A DNA stretch of 64,000 bases from a virus. Taxonomy: Duplodnaviria > Caudoviricetes. The position numbers were made by a program, and so were the translations under genes. Shown here piece by piece: positions 57,419 through 64,000 of the stretch (positions within the stretch are counted from its first letter, which is position 1; each line of letters begins with the position of its first letter). The notes below the pieces were generated by a model, which did not search any database, was not told the origin of the DNA, and saw only the letters and a list, made by a program, of their open reading frames with translations. Where the stretch lies: positions 28,559-92,558 of IMG/VR virus record IMGVR_UViG_3300029288_003134, one strand, 5' to 3'.

Positions 57419-58558
57419 TTACTTATGATATTTTTCAATCAGCTTCAGCTTGATCTCCGCCAATACGCCAGGTTTTTCTTTCAAGGCAAGTATCAATTCC
57501 TTTTGTCCCTGCGCTTTAATGTCTCCGTAAGAGTAATACGTCCCAGCCTTCTGAATTACGCCCAACTGAATCCCATACGTGAGCATAATCTTGGCATTAT
57601 TCAATCTTGGCGGCTCAAAATAAAGCTCAGTTAAACCCGTACCATACGGCTTGGAATATTTTGCTTTTGTTATAGTCAAATTCATCTCGCGGCCAACGGG
57701 CTTATCATCCTGCGTAAGAATCTTGCACTTCTTAAACGTAATGATATAACTGGAATGCTGCTTGAGTGCGTGTCCTCCGGGAATTGTAATTGGATTACCA
57801 TAAACGATACCAACCTTTTCCCGAGTGTGGGCGATCAAAATAACAATGGTATCGTTATAGGTATTCGGGTCTTTAAGATTAGACGGCTGTAACCCTGCGG
57901 TAAGCTTTTTACACAGCTTATCATTTAATTTAGCCTGATCTGCCATCTGTTTTTCTGCGGCAGACTTATCAATAACATCCTGTGAAATACCCGCAGTCAC
58001 ACTATCAAAAATAATCAAACCAAACTGCTTACTGCGCGTGGCAATATCAGCAATATCAATGGCCTTATCCAGAGAACTTGGTTTGGAGATGTAAAAATAC
58101 TTTAGATCATTCCCAAGTTTAGCCACCCAGGTCTTTGAGAAATCACCCTCACAGGCAATATAAAGAACTGGGATTTTCTGCGACGTAAAAACTGAGGCAA
58201 GCAAGAAAGTTTGAAAAGACTTCCCACTGCTCTCATCCCCAAAGAACAAAGTAATGGAACCCTTTGGCAAACCACCCTTGGTCAGAATATCCAAAAGAAG
58301 GTTACGACTACTGACTTTAGCGGTTTCCAAAAGTTCTTCCGCAGAAGCAATAACACCTTCGCCAAAAGTCTTTTCCGCATCTTTCAGAAGTTTCTTGAGC
58401 TCTTCTTCATCCGTCTGCGTAGGACTCTTGAGTTTTTGGATGTCATCTACCGGAGCTTCCCGCTCTTCCTGTGGGTTTTGCTCCTCCGGGTTTACTGCAC
58501 CAGGGCCCTCTTCTACAACCGGGGGCTTTTCTTTATCTTCAGCTTTTTTACGTCCCAT
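57419..58558 (-). CDS. recA: RecA recombinase
   Basis: GGLPKG, GDESSGKS, IIFDSV, REKVG…YGNP…PGGHALK. Confidence 0.9.
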   Translation of the reverse strand: MGRKKAEDKEKPPVVEEGPGAVNPEEQNPQEEREAPVDDIQKLKSPTQTDEEELKKLLKDAEKTFGEGVIASAEELLETAKVSSRNLLLDILTKGGLPKGSITLFFGDESSGKSFQTFLLASVFTSQKIPVLYIACEGDFSKTWVAKLGNDLKYFYISKPSSLDKAIDIADIATRSKQFGLIIFDSVTAGISQDVIDKSAAEKQMADQAKLNDKLCKKLTAGLQPSNLKDPNTYNDTIVILIAHTREKVGIVYGNPITIPGGHALKQHSSYIITFKKCKILTQDDKPVGREMNLTITKAKYSKPYGTGLTELYFEPPRLNNAKIMLTYGIQLGVIQKAGTYYSYGDIKAQGQKELILALKEKPGVLAEIKLKLIEKYHK

Positions 58559-58582
58559 TGCTTTGATCTCCGTGTAAGAAAA

Positions 58583-59278
58583 TTAACCTAAATCAACGTC
58601 ATCCAAACCGGACAAATCCACGTCATCGGGATTGCTTGCCGGGGCCTTACTGTCTGCCAGCGGGTCAACCTCGACAATATCATCGTCAATTTTAATGTCT
58701 GACGGAACAGAGACCGATTCACTGGGCCCATCGAGCGAAATTTCTTCTTCCTGAGGGACATCCACAGGTCGGGATTCACTCTCAGCGGCGGGATTTGTTT
58801 TAACTACCTTGGAGATATGATTCTTCAGAGAGGTTCCAACGATCTCAAGACAAGCGGCATACAGTGTTTGGAGGTCTGTTGAATTCTTCACATTATTCTT
58901 TTCCGCCAGATAGATCGCCATGTCCTTCGCCCAAGCACCATAATAGGAGACCTGCATATCGGTTCCCACGCTGGTCTTTCCGCCAGTTCCTTGTGTCTTA
59001 GTACCACCACCCGCCTTAGGCGTAGAATCTTTAATCTGGGCCTCAAGGGGGATATTGAGCTTTTTCTTTTGAACCTCGGTCAACCAGACCGCATTGGGCG
59101 CGGCGCAATCGTTCTTCTTATCAAAGCCCACGGTACAGTTCTTATCCTTACATTTCAGATCGGGGGCCTTCTGACTCGTCTTTAAACGAGTGTTATCATA
59201 CATTTCGGAACCACAAGAACACGTGTACTTATACTTACCGTCTGCCTGTTGCGTTACCTTAAACTTATTTTCTGCCAT
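58583..59278 (-). CDS. Probable ssDNA-binding/annealing protein
   Basis: CSCG…MYDN…KAPDLKC…C zinc module, acidic C-terminal tail, own promoter, adjacent to recA. Confidence 0.5.
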   Translation of the reverse strand: MAENKFKVTQQADGKYKYTCSCGSEMYDNTRLKTSQKAPDLKCKDKNCTVGFDKKNDCAAPNAVWLTEVQKKKLNIPLEAQIKDSTPKAGGGTKTQGTGGKTSVGTDMQVSYYGAWAKDMAIYLAEKNNVKNSTDLQTLYAACLEIVGTSLKNHISKVVKTNPAAESESRPVDVPQEEEISLDGPSESVSVPSDIKIDDDIVEVDPLADSKAPASNPDDVDLSGLDDVDLG

Positions 59279-59305
59279 GTTTTCATTCTCCTTTTCTTTG
59301 ATGCA

Positions 59306-59334
59306 AGTATACCATACTTTTTAAACTGTGTCAA
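59306..59334 (-). promoter_or_regulatory. sigma70-type promoter
   Basis: TTGACA-17 bp-TATACT (TGGTATACTT). Confidence 0.8.
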
Positions 59335-59903
59335 GCCTTAAATGAGAGTTTATTTTTAATGGCATAATACAGGGCCCGAGTAGCCTCAATATCATTCATT
59401 GCATTATGCGCTTTAAGTGGAATCCCAAAGGCCGCCGCCATCGTATCCAATTTGACATTCGGGACGTTAATCCAGCGTTCTTTTTTCAACATGATTGCTA
59501 GAGCCATAGTATCTAAAAAGTGGTAATCAAAATAACGCCACCCCAATTTGGCTCTCTGAGTTACAAAAAAAGCATCTAAGTGCTTTATATCAAACTGCGT
59601 ATTGTGTCCAGCTGGAGTAAACTGGTCGAAACGATCATCCGGGTTTACATACTTTTTGAGAATGGTTTCAATTTGATTAAGCACAACTTTGGGCTGCTCA
59701 AAACTGAGAATCTCATCCCGAGTAATACCATTTACCTTTAAGGCCCCATCTTCGACCACTTGCTCTGGAAGGGGCCGCATTTTAAAATAGGCCCTTTCTT
59801 TGACTTCACCGTCAATTTCAATAATTAAACCCAAAGTTAAAATCGGGTTCTTTCCGGGGATTAGTCCTCCGGTCTCTGTGTCGAACCAAAATATCTTCAT
59901 CAA
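59331..59903 (-). CDS. DEDDh 3'-5' exonuclease (DnaQ-like)
   Basis: FDTETGG, GHNTQFD, AHNAMND. Confidence 0.9.
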   Translation of the reverse strand: MMKIFWFDTETGGLIPGKNPILTLGLIIEIDGEVKERAYFKMRPLPEQVVEDGALKVNGITRDEILSFEQPKVVLNQIETILKKYVNPDDRFDQFTPAGHNTQFDIKHLDAFFVTQRAKLGWRYFDYHFLDTMALAIMLKKERWINVPNVKLDTMAAAFGIPLKAHNAMNDIEATRALYYAIKNKLSFKA

Positions 59904-62314
59904 GCAACCTCCGCCCAGGACTGTCCTGTTTTCATTTCAATGGTTAATGGAATACTCATCTTCTTATAAGGAGACTGCGCTAACTCTTGAATGATCTCCT
60001 TTACTCGCTCTACGTGTTCATTCTTTACCTCAAACATATCAGCATCGTGGATATTATGAATCCAATGAGCATCCAAGCCTTCAACTCTAATCTGCTTACA
60101 GACCTTGGCGATACCAATAAAGCCCAACTCTGCCGCCCAGCTCTGCACAATGAAACTTTTGGCCTGCCGGATTAACTCTTCTTTCTCTTTAGGGGTGGCT
60201 AATTCGATGTCATTGAATAACCGATAAGTCCCAAAAGGCGTCCTCAACTTTTTATTCTTGACAATTTCCTGCTCAATTTGCTGGAGCCAGAACCAGCCTT
60301 GCCGACACAGACTAAAGAAGATCGCCTGAATCTGAGTTGCTTCTTCAACCGAGCCGCCGTGTTCGCGCACGATACCTTCGGGGGTTCGGCCATACATGGA
60401 ACCATAGACGATTGCCTTAACCCTATTACGCTTTTCGCGGGCTTCCTCATTTTTCTTATCCAAAAAGTCCGCCTCAGGTAGCCGATAGAACTGGCTGGCA
60501 ATAAAGGCGTGAATATCCCGGCCAGAGTTGATGAATTCGATGCCCTTGGAATCCTTCGATAGATCAATCCAAACTCGGAATTCTATTTGACTGTAATCAT
60601 AATAAACAATCGTGTATCCGGGAGCCGCCACAAAAGCTTCCTTTAATCGGCTCTGTCTAGGCACGTTTTGAATATTCGGCTTAGAACTCATCAACCGGGA
60701 AGAGTCAGGGGAGAACACATTGAAACTGCTATGAATTCTGCCGTCCTTCTCTGTGGCCTCGGCATAACCTCGGAGCTTTTCAATGTGACCCTTATTCGTC
60801 CGATAATCCACCAAGACTTTCAAAGCAGGTCTGCGCTCTGCCAACTTGGAGATTGCCTCCTCATTCGTAGAGGGGTTGCCCTCACCCGTCTTTGGGTCTA
60901 TCGTTTTAGTCCGAACCAGTATGGGTAATTCAAGCTCTTCATACAAAAGTTTACATAACTGTTTAGGTGAATTAAGGTTAAACTCCTCAGGAAGATTAAA
61001 TTTAGTCTTGAACTTCTTGGCGCAAGCATCCCGCTCCTGCGAATAGAATTCAATTAACTCATTGATCTTAGGCAAATCTGTTACAATACCGCGCATCTCT
61101 GTGAACACGAGATTACGGATAACATCTGTAAAAACCTTATTGGCAATCAGACTATCCTGAGCCTGAAGTTGCTTGAAAAGGTCTAGCAAAAGTCTAAAGT
61201 CATAATAAACGTCTTCCGCACAGTAATATCTCCGCTCTTCTTTGTCCATCAGAACCATCTTCTCACGATCAATTTCTTCCTTATAAGCAATCCCGTAATA
61301 AAGCTGAACTAAGAAACCAAGAGAGTTGGCCCCATTCGGATTGATAAGGAACGCCATCATGCGAGTATCCGCAATCAACTGCTCGGTTAGATCATGGCCC
61401 TCAGCTAAGCAGAATTCCAAATCGAAGTGAACATTATGCCCAACGATTTGCCGCTTTTTCAACTCAGAGGCCACAAAGGGCAAGACTTTCCGATAAAATT
61501 CAGTGTAACCCTTGATCGTGTAGGTTCCATCCGGGTTTGTTATGACCTCAGATTTCTCGTCCGCATAAAAGGCAAAGTCCGCTGATACGGTTAATTTTCC
61601 GTCGCTAGCCGCAATGGTCAAAATCTTATCTCTGCGCGGATTCAGACCTGTGGTCTCCACGTCGAAGGTGACACGGGGGCCCAACTTACACATGTCCAGT
61701 ATATCAGAGGAGTAAGGAATTTTGGGACGATTCGCCTTGACCTCGCCACCCGTCATATACATCTTCGCTAGAGCAATAGCTTTTTCCGTTTGCTTGGCCT
61801 GTGCGGATTGGCGGCTAAAATTCGTGAGATAAAACATATCGTAGATCGGAACCACATAACAGCCATACTTGCCATTGAAAAAGCTCTTTCCCACCACCTG
61901 CTTCAAGGGCACCTTGGGCCCAACATCCGGGATAAAATGCTGAGTAGCCATGCGTCCCATGACTAAAATGACTTTTGGCTTAACCTCTGCGATCTCTTTA
62001 GCGAGGTAGAGCTCAGCGCACTTATCCTTCATTATTTTCGTGGGCTTTTTCTTCTTATCTGAAATAAAACACTTGACAAAGGCAGTGACATAAATGGAAG
62101 AAACGCTCAAGCCGATGGGCTTCAGGTAAATGTCCAGTTGAGAATTATATTCTTTATTTGAACCAATAGCCTCTGTGGTCACGTCCGCTTGAAACGGAGA
62201 ATCCACAACGAGCATGACCCCAGAATCCTTAGGGCCTGAGCCTTCAGTAAAATTCGTGGAGACAAAACCTGAGCAACTCTGTTTATGGAACCCGCATTCC
62301 TTACATCTAAGCAT
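59900..62314 (-). CDS. polA: Family A DNA polymerase with N-terminal UDG(family 4)-like domain and 3'-5' exonuclease
   Basis: Exo FDVETTG/HNVHFD/YCAED; motif A DYSQIE, motif B RNRVKAIVYGSMYG, motif C HD; N-terminal CxxC…VKC…C…KPKVILVMG. Confidence 0.9.
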   Translation of the reverse strand: MLRCKECGFHKQSCSGFVSTNFTEGSGPKDSGVMLVVDSPFQADVTTEAIGSNKEYNSQLDIYLKPIGLSVSSIYVTAFVKCFISDKKKKPTKIMKDKCAELYLAKEIAEVKPKVILVMGRMATQHFIPDVGPKVPLKQVVGKSFFNGKYGCYVVPIYDMFYLTNFSRQSAQAKQTEKAIALAKMYMTGGEVKANRPKIPYSSDILDMCKLGPRVTFDVETTGLNPRRDKILTIAASDGKLTVSADFAFYADEKSEVITNPDGTYTIKGYTEFYRKVLPFVASELKKRQIVGHNVHFDLEFCLAEGHDLTEQLIADTRMMAFLINPNGANSLGFLVQLYYGIAYKEEIDREKMVLMDKEERRYYCAEDVYYDFRLLLDLFKQLQAQDSLIANKVFTDVIRNLVFTEMRGIVTDLPKINELIEFYSQERDACAKKFKTKFNLPEEFNLNSPKQLCKLLYEELELPILVRTKTIDPKTGEGNPSTNEEAISKLAERRPALKVLVDYRTNKGHIEKLRGYAEATEKDGRIHSSFNVFSPDSSRLMSSKPNIQNVPRQSRLKEAFVAAPGYTIVYYDYSQIEFRVWIDLSKDSKGIEFINSGRDIHAFIASQFYRLPEADFLDKKNEEAREKRNRVKAIVYGSMYGRTPEGIVREHGGSVEEATQIQAIFFSLCRQGWFWLQQIEQEIVKNKKLRTPFGTYRLFNDIELATPKEKEELIRQAKSFIVQSWAAELGFIGIAKVCKQIRVEGLDAHWIHNIHDADMFEVKNEHVERVKEIIQELAQSPYKKMSIPLTIEMKTGQSWAEVA

Positions 62315-62317
62315 TGA

Positions 62318-62638
62318 TTAAAGCCCTATTCTGATTAAGAGCAATCCGGCTACGCATAAACCCAGGCCGAACCACTGAACAGTTGAAAAACCACTCGCTG
62401 AACCCAATATAATCAGGGTAGCCGTCTGTGCAACCAGCATACAGAAATCATAGATAAACGTATCGAAAAGAAGATGCTTTGAATATTTACTCACAATAGA
62501 CCACAGCGGAAAAGCCCCGACAATCGACATGGCCCAAAACCAAAACGCCGTGTGATAAACATTATTCTGTTTCATCAAATAAGCGTAGAGGACATACATT
62601 GCACAAACAGCTGGAATTGACCAGTAATAGTGATTCAT
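62318..62638 (-). CDS. Small four-TM membrane protein (DMT/SMR-like)
   Basis: Four hydrophobic helices; 'VQWFGLGLCVAGLLLI' end. Confidence 0.55.
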   Translation of the reverse strand: MNHYYWSIPAVCAMYVLYAYLMKQNNVYHTAFWFWAMSIVGAFPLWSIVSKYSKHLLFDTFIYDFCMLVAQTATLIILGSASGFSTVQWFGLGLCVAGLLLIRIGL

Positions 62639-62654
62639 GTTTCTCCGAGGTTTA

Positions 62655-62682
62655 AGTATACCACAAAATTTTTATTTGTCAA
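62655..62682 (-). promoter_or_regulatory. sigma70-type promoter upstream of the polymerase operon
   Basis: TTGACA-16 bp-TATACT (TGGTATACTT). Confidence 0.7.
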
Positions 62683-63323
62683 GGTGAATTTTACAATCGA
62701 ATCTATTTTGCTGGCCCTCTTGATTGTTCATGTACTTCATAATTTTTTGTGCGTTTTTGATAATGGCCCTCTGGTACTTCAGCCAAAGAGGATTGCTCAG
62801 GAGTTCTTCGGTTTGGAGATAGGCAACCTCCGGGAACTCTCTTAATGCCTGCTTCTGCGCCAATTTGAATATCGGGGAAGTACACAGCTTATCCGCGAGA
62901 CTACTCAGAGCAACATTGATCTCAGCTTGCAACTGCTTAAACTTGTAGACATCTTCACACGAGAACTTTGTAAAATTTCTCCTAAAATATTCTCGCAAAT
63001 ATCTAGGACTTCTCGTTTTTAACACAGTCCAATTTGGTTTTGTAAAGCCCATATTACGCCTCTTCTTGTTTGATGATTTCGGGCACCTGCTCTTTAAAGT
63101 CACTAAGACAGGCCGATAGAAAACTTTTATCCTGTGGAACTCTTTCCATTTCAGCGATCATATAAGCAAGAACGTCCTCAAGCGCGAATCTCCTGGCCCT
63201 TTCCTGCTGAATACCCCAAGCCCGCGACATCTCGTAAGAACGCCTGAATATGCCCTCAAGTGTTTTCAGACAATCTTTTCTGCGCTGTTCTGTAATAGCT
63301 TTCCTAGACGGTTCCATTATTAC

Positions 63324-63737
63324 CTACTCCAGTTTAGAATCAACTTTTTTGCTACAATTTACATTACGCTCAACAAAACGACAGTTATCAAAGCAGTACG
63401 GTTCATTCGATTCTTTCCGGTCAAGGGAGGCCTGAATCAGATCAAAAGCCTTATCACGGAACCAAAGCTCCTTTACTTCTTCAAGGGTAAGCTCGAATTT
63501 CACACCCTTGGCCCCATAATATTTATAGGAGGGGCACTTCTTATTCGTACAACGCTGTTTAGCATTCACAAAGTGCCTGAGCCAGGGCCGCTGTTCCCGA
63601 TAAGAGTTGGTTGCCTTATCACGCTTTCCTTGGTGCTTTTTATAGTCGGCGTGCTTGATCTCCTGAACCTTCTCAGGGTTTTCTCCGCGCCACTTCTGTG
63701 CGTATTCTCTACGTGCTTGCTTGTCTTTCAAAGGCAT
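63324..63737 (-). CDS. HNH-like endonuclease
   Basis: AKQRC…YKYYGAKG…SLDRKESNEPYCFDNCRFV…N. Confidence 0.75.
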   Translation of the reverse strand: MPLKDKQARREYAQKWRGENPEKVQEIKHADYKKHQGKRDKATNSYREQRPWLRHFVNAKQRCTNKKCPSYKYYGAKGVKFELTLEEVKELWFRDKAFDLIQASLDRKESNEPYCFDNCRFVERNVNCSKKVDSKLE

Positions 63738-63768
63738 TTTAGCTCCAATATGTCTTGGATAATACAGC

Positions 63769-64000
63769 TTAATAAAAAAGTTTAGTAATGATCTTCACGC
63801 CTGAATCAATATCGTCCATTGAACAAATCTCAACGGGCGAGTGCATATTTCTCAGCGGAATTCCAATAACCGTAACATCCATACCCAATTCATAGACAGC
63901 ATCAGAATTATAACCACCCGCTCCATTGATAACCTGCTTCTGCAACTTCAATCCAAGCTCCTTGGCGTGCTGAAATAGCCGCTCTTTCATGTTCACATCT
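63769..64000 (-). CDS. M42 family aminopeptidase, C-terminal part (partial)
   Basis: GGYNSDA…IGIPLRNMHSPVEICSMDD matches the M42 C-terminus; the frame runs off the window edge. Confidence 0.75.
   Translation of the reverse strand, partial: DVNMKERLFQHAKELGLKLQKQVINGAGGYNSDAVYELGMDVTVIGIPLRNMHSPVEICSMDDIDSGVKIITKLFY

Overview
The window is a 64-kb segment of a large, divergent tailed dsDNA phage (Caudoviricetes, siphovirus-like neck and tail) in the standard genetic code. It has two convergent arms. The + arm (1-23.4 kb) carries the end of a scaffold/protease, the HK97-fold major capsid gene, a sigma70-promoted structured-RNA/tRNA-Met(CAT) unit, a separately promoted glycosylation cassette (tandem GT9 heptosyltransferase-like protein, SAM methyltransferase, GT4, degenerate sugar-nucleotidyltransferase), neck genes, tail chaperones, a tape measure protein and several large tail/adhesin proteins. 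No tail tube gene is recognisable. A palindrome-rich stretch of about 1 kb separates the arms. The - arm (24.4-64 kb) carries a UDG-domain-fused family A DNA polymerase, RecA, a primase-helicase, SbcCD, resolvases, a nucleotide-pool remodelling set (NT5C, NDT-like, DUF5664-like, MazG-like, DeoC, Ogg-like glycosylase), several peptidases, an RlmN/Cfr-like radical SAM enzyme, macro and SLOG proteins and tRNA-Tyr. It also holds the TerS-TerL-portal packaging module, directly behind an apparently split ECF-like sigma factor. The best candidates for a new system are the capsid-linked heptosyltransferase-like glycosylation cassette with its RNA unit, the split sigma factor, the RlmN-like enzyme with its Cys-rich partner, and the altered-specificity glycosylase/nucleotide module. 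All calls come from motif recognition by eye; no database searches were run.
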